64,000 nt of DNA from Octopus sinensis (taxonomy: Eukaryota). Below the pieces are notes generated by a model. That model saw only the letters and a program-made list of their open reading frames with translations, made no database searches and was not told the origin of the DNA. The translations under genes and the position numbers were made by a program. Each line of letters opens with the position of its first letter. The first letter of the stretch is position 1. The stretch covers positions 183,396,001 to 183,460,000 of the forward strand of contig NC_042998.1 of assembly GCF_006345805.1 (NCBI RefSeq). The letters run 5' to 3'. Shown here one piece after another: positions 14,901 to 24,500 of this stretch.

Positions 14901-15331
14901 TTACTTTGTTCGAAAAATATTATTTAATTTTCTTTGATATGTATTCAGCCTTGAAATACAAATATACGCGCAAGTCATTGTAGAATCGACTACTTACGAC
15001 GACTAGCTAGTGCGAGTGCGCGCACCGGGACCACTGTTCGCTAGTAGTACCTGTTATAAGATAACCTTGTAGTGAGAAAATAGTAAAACATTTAGATCCA
15101 AGATAGTTTTATGTCGACAAAAAACTAAAGTTAATAAAATGCTTGTATGCTTTTGAGGAGAAAGCAGTTCAGACGTTTTCAAAAATTTAATAACAGATTA
15201 TTTATACATTTACCTTTTTTAACAACCTTGTTTATTCTTTTCGTTAATTTTCTTGAGGCTAGTGGTCGAGCAATCGGTGAAACATAGCTAATTTTCTTAA
15301 TCCACAAACTGGTTTTATCATCTTCTTCCAT
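5813..15331 (-). CDS. NHP2: H/ACA ribonucleoprotein complex subunit 2 (NHP2), complete 4-exon gene, 139 aa: join complement(15214-15331,10218-10287,7270-7375,5813-5938)
   Basis: Hand translation gives MEEDDKTSLWIKKISYVSPIARPLASRKLTKRINKVVKKASKTKSLRKGVREVQKFIRRGEKGLVILAGDISPIDIYSHIPIMCEDNQISYCYVPSKDDLGAACGTIRPVSLVMINKNEAFEELYTELHEEMKTLPVPI*. This has the L7Ae-family NHP2 motifs PIA.PLAS.KL, GV.EVQKF..GEKG and LAGD..PID. All introns are GT-AG with matching phases (1,2,0); exons are 118, 70, 106 and 126 nt. Confidence 0.96.
6097..6313. mobile_element. piggyBac-type MITE family copy (degenerate)
   Basis: Similar to copies at 9920-10121, 11326-11910 and 51850-52041; the family has TTAACCCTTTAG...CTAAAGGGTTAA ends. 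Confidence 0.55.
6597..7130 (+). mobile_element. CR1/L2-group LINE 3' end with (ATTAA)n tail, inserted in a MITE
   Basis: Translates as LVRPILEY...LERVQKLAT...YEERLKTLDLYSL..RRRGDLI...LRGH...PWNKLP, with stops and a frameshift. Confidence 0.88.
7270..7375 (-). CDS. NHP2: NHP2 coding exon 3
   Basis: Encodes LVILAGDISPIDIYSHIPIMCEDNQISYCYVPSKD; pyrimidine tract plus CAG acceptor, donor GTGAGT. Confidence 0.95.
7519..7779 (+). mobile_element. 5'-truncated RTE 3'UTR copy
   Basis: Contains TTAGGAAGGGCATCCAGCTGTAGAAAC...CCATGCTAGCATGGAAA...(GAT)n. Confidence 0.85.
8690..8880 (+). mobile_element. Degenerate SINE (same family as 13356-13700)
   Basis: Contains TTCTGAGTTCAAATTCTACCAAGGTCAACTTTGCCTTTCAT. 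Confidence 0.6.
8961..9261 (+). mobile_element. tRNA-derived SINE in a (TA)n tract
   Basis: A-box TGGCTCAGTGG and B-box-like GGTTTCAATTCC, followed by a non-tRNA body. Confidence 0.85.
9422..9717. repeat. 148-bp tandem duplication (2 copies)
   Basis: 9422-9569 and 9570-9717 differ at one base that I could see; AGAAA is present at the junctions. Confidence 0.9.
10218..10287 (-). CDS. NHP2: NHP2 coding exon 2
   Basis: Encodes ASKTKSLRKGVREVQKFIRRGEKG; acceptor TTTTCATAATAG, donor GTGAGT. Confidence 0.95.
10435..10779 (+). mobile_element. 5'-truncated RTE 3'UTR copy
   Basis: Same 3'UTR with internal ~40-bp repeats and a GAT tail. Confidence 0.85.
11412..11780 (-). mobile_element. tRNA-derived SINE nested in a piggyBac-type MITE (11326-~11910)
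   Basis: The minus strand starts GGCACAGGAGTGGCTGTGTGGTAAG...GGGTTCAGTCCC and has a CCTTGGGCAAGTGTCTT core. MITE sequence lies on both sides. Confidence 0.88.
12372..12705 (-). mobile_element. 5'-truncated RTE 3'UTR copy
   Basis: Reverse complement of the same 3'UTR and tail. Confidence 0.85.
13356..13700 (+). mobile_element. tRNA-derived SINE with internal partial duplication and a 17-bp TSD
   Basis: TSD AGAAGCTAG(T/G)GCAAGAA at 13339-13355 and 13701-13717. The body GTATTTCGTCTGC...GAGGTCGACTTTGC occurs twice. Confidence 0.9.
13833..14320. mobile_element. MITE with long imperfect terminal inverted repeats
   Basis: GGTGGAGGCAAAGGACATGG / CCATGTCCTTTACCTCCGCC ends, plus an internal inverted block GACTGCAGAGATTC..AATCTGCAAAA. 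Confidence 0.7.
14781..15051. mobile_element. 271-bp MITE with ~70-bp TIRs and a perfect 8-bp TSD (Merlin-like by GG-start TIR and TSD length)
   Basis: TIR GGTACTACTAGCGAACAGTGGTCCCGG...; TSD TGTTATAA at 14773-14780 and 15052-15059. Confidence 0.9.
15214..15331 (-). CDS. NHP2: NHP2 coding exon 1 (ATG at 15331)
   Basis: Encodes MEEDD...RINKVVKK+G; donor AAG|GTAAAT; phase 1. Confidence 0.93.
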
Positions 15332-15399
15332 GATTTAAGTTCGAACCTTCGAATTATAATTGATATAATTAAATGGAATGATAATTTGGGAAATGTACA

Positions 15400-15430
15400 A
15401 AAGCAAACACACGTGCGCCGGATGTGAAGA
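15400..15430 (-). promoter_or_regulatory. NHP2 proximal promoter elements (E-box CACGTG 15410-15415; ETS-like CCGGATG 15418-15424)
   Basis: CpG-containing motifs about 80-95 nt upstream of the NHP2 ATG. Myc E-boxes are typical of ribosome-biogenesis genes. Confidence 0.5.
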
Positions 15431-16297
15431 ATATGGTTGACTCGTAATGAAGGCTTGACAAGTTATTAAATTTAGTTCTCATTTCTTGATTTTTTTAAGA
15501 CATATATTTTATTAAAATTTTATTCTACATTTTATATGGCTCAAAATAATAGTTAACAATGAAAACCTTAAATTAATTTTTCTTCTTATTCGTCGCGGAC
15601 CTTGCATAATAATATTTCCTGTTAAGCTACCGCTTACGTGGTGATAAGTAATATAAAGAATTAAGTAACTTTAATAAACTAAATTAATTAACGAAATTAT
15701 AATATTTAACTGTTATAATGTAAAGTGATGTAGCAATACACTAGTTATTTGTAGCTCTCTTTCAAAAATATTTGAACTTTTAGCCGTACTTATGCAGTAA
15801 ATGTTTCTGCTCGACCATTCGTTCATTTTACTGACTTCCGTCATCAGCTTTTTTCTATGGTTACAATATTTCTGTGGAAAAGGCGGGAGATTAGCAGAAT
15901 CAGAAGGGTGGTGGACAAAATTCGTTGAAGTATTTAGTTGCTTTCTCAGTTCAGATTCTGCCTTTTTATTCTTTCAGTGTCAGTAAAATCAATACAATTT
16001 TAATAAATACAGGAATCTATATTATCAACCATAACCAATTCCCAAATTTGAGTTTTTTGTGTCTATATTAAAATCAAATATTTCTTGGGGAAAAGTGGGG
16101 TTTTTTAAAAAAATTAATTTCGAGAAGATAAACAGTCTTTTCATGAGGGAAGCAAAGCGAAAATACGATATCATTTATATTTTCAGTTTGCTCGCTTGCT
16201 ATTGTATATTGCTAGGTCAGTCCTGATTAAGCAGATGTATGATAGATTACAGGCATTCAAAACGCTTCAGATATATTATTTTTGTGACTGCTGTTTT

Positions 16298-16719
16298 GGA
16301 TCTTTTCCGTTTGAACGGCAGTTTTTAACATAATTTCTAGGTAACTAAAAAATTTTAACTTAGTATACTGGTAGAATGTGTTTATAAAACATCTTTTTCT
16401 CTTGGCTTTATTGAGAAAATTCTATAGTTTGTAAGATATCTGTTGTTTTTTTCTTCAATTTCTGCAATTTCAACCAATCAGTGACGTCTATTGAGGTAAA
16501 AAAAACATTCTGTGCCGTATGAATATGTCCCTCGTTTAAGAAACAGATTAGGTTTATTTACATTTGTGAAGGAAAAAAGATACCCTTCCCCCCACCCCTA
16601 ACCCTAACCCTAAAACAGATTGAAATGCAATAGATCGATACTAGGATCATAATTATGGGTGACAATTTCATATGACACCGCTAGCTAGAAAAAAACTGCC
16701 ATTCAAAGCGAAAAGATCC
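16298..16719 (+). mobile_element. ~420-bp MITE, copy 1
   Basis: TIR GGATCTTTTCCGTTTGAACGGCAGTTTTT. Flanks ACTGCTGTTTT / ACTGCTTTTTT match at 10 of 11 bases (possible Mutator-length TSD). Internal CCCTAA repeats. Confidence 0.85.
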
Positions 16720-17199
16720 ACTGCTTTTTTTGGGTGGTTGTTAGCAATGACTGGAAGTCGAACAAATTCCGATACATCTAGTATAGACAAATAATGAATA
16801 AGTTGATGGCGAGAAGTTCTATTTCGGAGTCAAAAAGATTACAAGCTAGCAATAACACCCCACTTAAACTGCTTGTTATTATTGTTCGGATGCTCCTGTC
16901 CATTATCTTCTGCCATAGAAAATATGGAATTTTGAATGAATCCTATCTCCTCTGATATATCGTAAAATGCAAACGACACAGCTCTGATCTTATAGAAAGC
17001 TTCTCAAAAGCCTTGAATGATTTCAGATTGACCATCCCCTTAAAGAAAACCATTATTGAGCTTAACAATGTTTCTCACATTATGTTTCTCAGACAATACA
17101 TTCCAGAATTCCCCCCACCCACCCTCTCTCTCTGAATATATCCTAATCTTTGAAGATTGCTACAGTGTATCCTATTTCCAAGATGAGCAATTCTCTGAC

Positions 17200-17389
17200 C
17201 AGTGCCAGATTTAGGACAAATGAGGCCTTGTGCTAGTTAAGTTATGTGGATCCTTACGTGGGCAGTCAGGCATGCATGCTCAAGAAATTCATCGTAAAAA
17301 CATTTTTTAGATAGGAAGATACCCCCGCCCCTGGTGAAACGAGGCCCTGTGCTTAAGCACACCTAAGCAGAATGGTAAATCCGGCACTG
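17200..17389. mobile_element. hAT-type MITE (190 bp)
   Basis: TIR CAGTGCC(A/G)GATTTA; 8-bp TSD TCTCTGAC / CCTCTGAC. Confidence 0.8.
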
Positions 17390-17768
17390 CCTCTGACTGT
17401 TCTGTTGCTCTTACTTCCAATATTTCAGAGATGATGATGATATCTATTACGAACAAATTTCTCTAACTCTTTGAGTCTCTCCTTCCTTTAAGGTTTATCA
17501 AAGCTACTGGATGTCTCCTCTCCTATGTCACTCACAAGTACAGTCTCACCCTCCAGAAATTCTGTAAAATCATTGATGATACCCTTAATATCATCAAAGT
17601 GGTGTCACTTTAGCATGCGGTCTATCTGGCCATTTACACTTTAACATGTAGTCTAACTCTAAACTTTAACCCTACACCTAATCCTAAATCAGATCAAGTC
17701 ATTTCAAAGCATTGACTACAGATACTGCAACAGACCTCACACTTAAGTAACACCATAAAAGTTTTTTT

Positions 17769-19500
17769 CATCATCATCATCATTGTTCGACCGTGGTCGA
17801 GACAATGGAATTTACCATGCTACGCCAGACTTCAACGGTCCATCATAGCATTACAGAGGTCCTGTTGCTAAATACCTGTATCCCTGGAGATTACATCAGG
17901 GTAGGAGAGTGTGCGCCCTCTGGTGTTGTGAGTAGATGGCTTCCAGAGGAGAAGAGTAGAAATTGCCTCGTTTTCAGCTCTACAACAATGTCCAGCAAAC
18001 TAGACTCTCCTACCTTTCAGAAGAGATGACACAGGTGGTAGTTTCCCATAAATTTGCATTTTGGTTGGATGACGCTTCAACGAGAGATTTTGAGCTCTCA
18101 TAAGGAGGCGAGTGTAGGTTTCATCCAACCGCCTCTCAAGCTTCTTTGATAACGTCCAGGTTTCTGAGCCATATAGTAGAATTGGTTCGACTGTAGCTTT
18201 GAAGATTTCAAGTTTGAAGTCTCTACTTAGATTTGATGATCATATCTTTTTTTTTCTACAGTACTAGATGTGCGAGTCTTTTGTCAAAATAACCATCAAT
18301 GGACTCTCTATGTCTCCTGTCTACTGGATCGGTAGCAGTTAAATCACTCGTCTGTGATGTATGCTGATGGAGTTGTCTCTAAGCCATTCTCTGTTAACTG
18401 TAATGTACCTCATAGTTTTGTTTTGCTTCCCACACTTTCTCTTTAATCAATAACTTACATGTCATCATATCTAACAACGCTCACACCTACGTGGCTAATA
18501 TCAACCTTCATTTCTTCCAAACCTTCTGCACAGTAGTGATGATAAGATATGATCAGACAATCAGCATCTAGACCTCTCCAAAATTACTTGGTCTGCGTGT
18601 ATTTCAAGATACCACAAAAGTTGTAGATCAAGTGTATTATTATTCCAATAATAAATGTTGCTATGCAGTGCTAGAATTAAATATAGGCGAATAACTTACA
18701 GCGCTGTTTGAATTACTTCTAACTTCAACTTTAAAATGTTCTTAACTTTTAGTTTTTAATGTTAGCTAATGCGAAGCCACTTTCCTTCCAGATATATTAT
18801 CCAACGCTTTCACTTAGGTCCGCCAGGTGTATAAGCCACTGACGATTTCCTTTCACTTATTTCAGTCTTGAGGTTTCTTCCATAATTTGTCCTAGGTTCC
18901 ACCAAATTGTTTTACGTCATTATGTCATGGTCTTCTTAATCTGTGTGAACAGTGGTCTGCATCTGCAAAATTACGCTGCTGGTTCCCCACGGCCAATGGA
19001 TTCTCAATATACTCCTGAAGCAATGGCTGATGAATGTGGAATTCTTTAGAATGGTTTTCGTTTACTTTCACGCCTCGACCCGAATCAATAGGACTCAATA
19101 TGTAGATCTTAGTGTTCCTGAGGATGAGACTAGATTGATTACCAGATATAATTCAGCAAGAACACTTTGCCAACCCCGTTTTCTCATTAGCGTCAGTTTC
19201 ATTTGTTAGGTCGATGGTGCTACCCAGATATGCAAAGCTTGTTTCCTCAAGTGGTTGATCCTTAATATGTACTGACTCTTCTGTGATAATAATAAGCCTT
19301 ATAACTTTAGTCTTTGCGAATGTTGAGGCCAACTTACATAGATATTTCATGGAGAATGGTTGTCTTCTGCATCTGGAGCAAACTAAGACTTAGCACAAGG
19401 TCATCTGCGTAATCGGATCCACAGTGATTTTGTCCATTGAATTCTTGTGCTCTTGTCAGCTGTGGTGGCCTTTATTATTCAATCGATCAGCAACAAAAAT
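17769..19500. mobile_element. Cluster of decayed LINE fragments: RTE-like on minus (YADD motif ~19390-19416) and an L2/CR1-like RT piece on plus (~18280-18600)
   Basis: The minus strand reads GAT TAC GCA GAT GAC CTT GTG (DYADDLV). ORF 19153-19350 resembles an RT C-terminus (AYLGS). Confidence 0.6.
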
Positions 19501-19652
19501 AACAAAAGAAGACAGCACTGGCGGCACTCTGGTCTCGATATGATAAATTGTTAATTTGAAGCAAAAAATAAAAAAGTGGAATTTTGTGAAAAGATTTATA
19601 ATTTTGATGCTTGCGTTTCAGTTAGTCAGTCAGTCACACAATCAATTAACTA

Positions 19653-20173
19653 CCGTAAATCCTCGAGTATAGTCCGCCCTTGAGTATAATACGCAAGGGA
19701 TTTTTAGGGGGCTGTACCTCTGAAAAACCTAAACCTTGTGTATAATACACACCCCTTCTCTAACTTGAGTCAAGGAGATCTATATAACGTCCTTGGTTTC
19801 TAAAAATGTATACAGTAACGTCCTTTATTATTATTGTATATATAACATAATGCAAACGTGTAGCTTTTTTGTGCATTTTGTTTGCAGAAAATAAAGAAAT
19901 AACAGTAATAATAGTAATAACGTTTAATAAATGTTGCTTACTGCAAGTTATGGATGATTCTTTTATGACTTCATTGCTTTCAGGCTTAGCTTAAGGTATT
20001 TTCGCGCCCGACATCACAAACTGCATCTGAATAAACATTGCCGGACAGCAAATAGAGACTAGGACATTGCATAGAAAATATTTTTCATTTTTAACCTCAC
20101 ATATAGTACGCACTAGGGATTTTGACCTTTAAATTCTGGGGGGGAAATGCGGATTATACTCGAGGATTTACAG
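19653..20173. mobile_element. Tc1/pogo-type MITE (521 bp) with TA TSD
   Basis: TA|CCGTAAATCCTCGAGTATA ... TATACTCGAGGATTTACAG|TA. Confidence 0.85.
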
Positions 20174-20650
20174 TAGTTTAGCTATTGCTCTCTCAGTACT
20201 GAGTAAAGACCTTTCTCTGATCTCTCCATAAATTTCGGTACCCCGCTCTTCAATATTTGTTAAATTTACCTAATTCATTTCACCCCATCTCGTTCGTTAT
20301 TGTCCCTTCTTTCTTTTACCGTCTTTTGGGATCCCGTCAAACATTTTTTTCGTTCACCAGTTGTTACTCTTCCTGTAGATGAGTCCCATCCAACTGTATT
20401 TCAATGAGTGTCTGGAATTCACAATGTCATTTAGCATCGTTTACATGTTAATAATTGGATCAAAGTTCTGCATTATTATTTTAGCCACACTTCCATATTT
20501 TATTCTTAAGAGACAAAATACTACCATCACCAGTAAGAAAAGACAGTTTACAAATTAATTTTAAAATTGTATAAAAAAAGTAATCAATAAACAAAATAAA
20601 AAAGTATATACACTCCCTTGGTTGCAACATTGCACTAGACAACAGTAATG

Positions 20651-21071
20651 GGATCTTTTCGGTTTGAACGACAGTTTTTTCCAGCGGTGTCATATGAAAT
20701 TGTCACCCATAATGATGACCCTAGTATCGATCTATTGCATTTCATTCTATTTTGGGGTTAGGGTTAGGGTGGGGGAAGGGTATCTTTTTACTTCAGAAAT
20801 GTAAATAAACCCAATCTGTTTCTTAAACGAGGGACATATTCATACGGCACATAATGTTTTCACCTTAATAGACGTCATTGATTGGTTGAAATTGCAGAAA
20901 TTGAAGCAAAAAAAAACAACAACAAATATCTTACAAACTATAGAATTTTCTCAATAAAGCCAAGAGAAAAAGATGTTTTACAAACACATTCTATAAATAT
21001 ACGAAGTTTAAAAGAGTTTAGTTACATGGAAATTATTTAAAAAAAAACTGTCGTTCAAACCGAAAAGATTC
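20651..21071 (-). mobile_element. ~420-bp MITE, copy 2 (inverted relative to 16298-16719)
   Basis: Reverse complement of copy 1 over its full length, with TTAGGG repeats on the plus strand. Confidence 0.85.
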
Positions 21072-21169
21072 AAGAAGCCTATATATACATTCGTTTCACA
21101 TGCATAAAAAAAAAAACAAAAAAAAAATCAGTTAGCTTATATCTATTGTCCTACAATATAAATTTCAGG

Positions 21170-21245
21170 AAAATATGACGTCATAATTTCCGACTTCCGG
21201 TTCTTTAATACGCAGGTGCAGCCGGAAGCCAACATTGGTCAGTCG
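21170..21245 (+). promoter_or_regulatory. PUF60 promoter: palindromic CRE TATGACGTCATA (21174-21185), ETS sites ACTTCCGG (21193-21200) and CCGGAAG (21222-21228), reverse CCAAT (21234-21238)
   Basis: A dense cluster of housekeeping-promoter motifs about 250-300 nt upstream of the PUF60 ATG. Confidence 0.7.
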
Positions 21246-21481
21246 ACTTCGAAATACTGAGAATTTCTAGTCGTACTTAAACGTTTTTCCTGTAAATAAT
21301 TCAATAAATTAAACGTTTACAGAGAATTTGAAAGATCATTGATTACTTTACTATCTATCTATATAGATAAATAAATATACTGAAGAGAAACAAGGTGCTT
21401 TCAGAAAGCCTTGTGTGTGTGTTATTTTACAAGCACGAAGGATTCCTATCATCTTTATACCGAATTACTTTCCATTTCATT

Positions 21482-21538
21482 ATGGCACTTACTATGTCGG
21501 ATTTGAAAGCACCGAAGCACAACGGTGATATTATGGAG
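21482..21538 (+). CDS. PUF60: PUF60 coding exon 1 ([19 protein letters not shown])
   Basis: ATGG start, strong donor GAG|GTGAGT, phase 0, directly downstream of the promoter motifs. Confidence 0.8.
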
Positions 21539-24500
21539 GTGAGTTCTGTTCAGTTAATTGATAATGTGGAAATATTGCATTTGATCAACAAACGATATAT
21601 TAAATAAATGTCGTTTCCTCGACCTCGCCATCTTTGCCAGATCCCCGTCACATGTCTGCATAGGAATATATTAAACGGAATATAATGTATAATAAGAATG
21701 GGTTTTGTCTCTTATTTTTCATTAATTTCTCTTAAATATTAAGCAAAATCACACATCTATATTATAAATTTTAATTGGCAATCTTTCGTCTCTAGTAGAC
21801 CTTTCCGTCGATTTCCGTAAAAAAATTATTTTTTTACATATGGGCTTGCGGGAACTTTTGAAGTAATGAGAGCGAAAGAGACTAAGAGAAAGCGATTGTA
21901 TGACGAGGGAAGTTCTTTTGAAGTTACCGTGCATGGGAGCATTGATGGGGTGTGGGAGACAGGCAGTATGTTGTGTAAGTGAAGTGCTTCTGTTAGTGTG
22001 TGTGAAGAGATAGAGAGAGTAATGTGTGAAAGAAAGAGATAACTGAAATTTTTTACTCGGTGTATGTGTATATGTATGTATATTACTTCAAAAGTTCCCG
22101 CAAGCCCATATGTAAAAAAAAAAAAAAAAAAATTTTTTTACGGAACGGAAATCGACGGAAAGGTCTACTAGAGACGAAAGATCGTCTTATAAATTTTAAT
22201 TATTATTATTCATGAAAGCAGGTTTTGCTTAAAACGCCCATTCCTATTTAAATTCATATTTGCTTTTACGTAAACAATTTAGGTAATTACTTAGTGGAAA
22301 AAAAAATAAAAAGATGAATATTTCAGTTAAATGTTGAAGAAATTAAATTTACTAAGTACTTTAAATACCCATTGAGCAAGGCAAAAAAATGCCCTGCAAT
22401 ATTTTCTTTATTGTAATATATTACTACATGTCGCCATTCTGCAAAATATATCTTATCTAAAAAATAAAAATTTTCAGCGTGGTATATACTTCCTCTGTTA
22501 TTATCGTTTTAGATTAGACTCCTTTAGGAGAAATAAATTGATTTCCCTCTCGCTGCACATATATATTATATATGTAGTTGTATGTAGTAAATATGTAGTT
22601 GTGCTGATTACATATATCTCTATTTGTATTAGATTTCATTTGCTGTCCATTTGAAAATAATTTCGAAATGTTAATGCTATCATTAGTTATGTTGATCGTA
22701 TATTGCAGTGAATCGCTTGAGGATCTATCTATCTATATATATTTAGCTATATATATATTTATATATATCTATCTATATATATTTATCTATATATTATATA
22801 TATTTATCTATATATTATATATATTTATCTATATATTATATATATCTATCTATATATATTTATATCTATCTATATATATCTATATATATTTATCTCTATA
22901 TATCTATATATATTTATCAATAATAATAAAGGGTGAAATTAATTAATTTGGAATAATCATCAATTTCACCAAGTAGTATATATTTATCTATATATAATAT
23001 ATATATATATCTATATCTATATCTATCTATATTTATCTATATCTATCTATCATCTAGATAGATAGAAAAAAGAAACCATTCAAGGAGTCTGGAAAATTCT
23101 CCATAATTAATTTAAATAAATTTTTAAATGCTAATAATATAACATTTTCATTTCTTATGAAGCATGGTACTTCTCATTTGAAATTCCGCCGCGCGCGCGT
23201 GTGTGTGGTTTAATGATGGTAAGATTTAGAAATAGAGGCAGAATTAATCTTATACACCGAAAGTAAAATATGAAGAAAAAAACTGAGATGCTCATAACTA
23301 ATTACTTTCTGTATATTTATCTATATATGCTATTACAACAATATACATGCATTTTATTTTATTAAAATTGTTTAACATAAACAGAAGAATAAGCCTTATA
23401 GAATATACATGTTAGTCTGTCTTTCGTGAACAATTAAGCATTGGTCTGGACACGTCTACCGCCACTTCGGTTGAAATGCTGTCCCAGCCGTTTGTCCTTG
23501 ATTCTTCATTGTCTGCCACTGGTGATACGCGGGTCTTTTAGTCTTAACAAAAACGTTTCTGTATCAGTTGTAAACGTATGGTAGCTATGATGTTCGGTTC
23601 CCGAATCAGTTTTGGCCCCCACTAGTTTACTGATCAAAAGCTTTCCAGTCTTATAGATAAATAAGCCATCTTGTCTTTTTGTTTAGTCAGCGTATCTTAG
23701 GACTGACTACTTATCTAATTAATCTCTCTCTCTCTTTTTTAAAGACGATATGGCTAGCGACCACGTAGAAGGTTCCCTCTTATATTAACTCAAGCAAACT
23801 AGTTTTATGGAGTGTGTCTGTCGTTATGCTGTTATGCAGCTATTAATAAACTGTTTTTACGCAAAGTGATTAGTATCTCAATAATGATTGAAAGCTGATC
23901 TCGGCCTTTCAACTCCGGCGGTTCGACTCTTGAAAGCTAAAAGCATATGCAACGGAGCCTGTCAAGTTGCATAGGAAGTTAAATTTGCAGATTTGCCCTA
24001 AATTTTTAAAACAGCCAACAAGAGTTAACTTTTAGGTCAAAGCAGGTTACATGACGTGCTCAAAATAGCAGCCAAATCTTCCTCGATCACATCCTAAGAT
24101 GGTGTGGTCACGGCTGGAACGTCTTTGCTTGTATGTTAAACTCCATCAGAGCAAACTTGAGATTAAAGAATCAATAAAATAAACCACTCGTGCGTAAATG
24201 AGCCACTTGGTAACAATCCGACAAAATTACCGCGAAGTTGCAAATTAGAAAAGCAATTTTATAAAATCCTAGCATTTATTATATTCAAGTAATTTATTTT
24301 TTAAAAATCCAATCAACATGGCACAGATTTATAACTTAGAAAAAAAAAATTGTTTTAAATTTCCCTCCTAACCTTTTGTCATTCTTTTATAAATTAACGT
24401 ATTTGTTGGAAATAGAAAACTCTAGAATTCTGAGTCCCGAAACTCCCATGTAATTTTCATATCACATGAGCTAAGAAAAATACGATTCTTCTTAATCACA

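Noticed and set aside
15875-15970. Hairpin ending in a T-run, suggesting a Pol III ncRNA
   Set aside because: It aligns by eye to the 5' part of the 13356-family SINE, so it is a decayed SINE.
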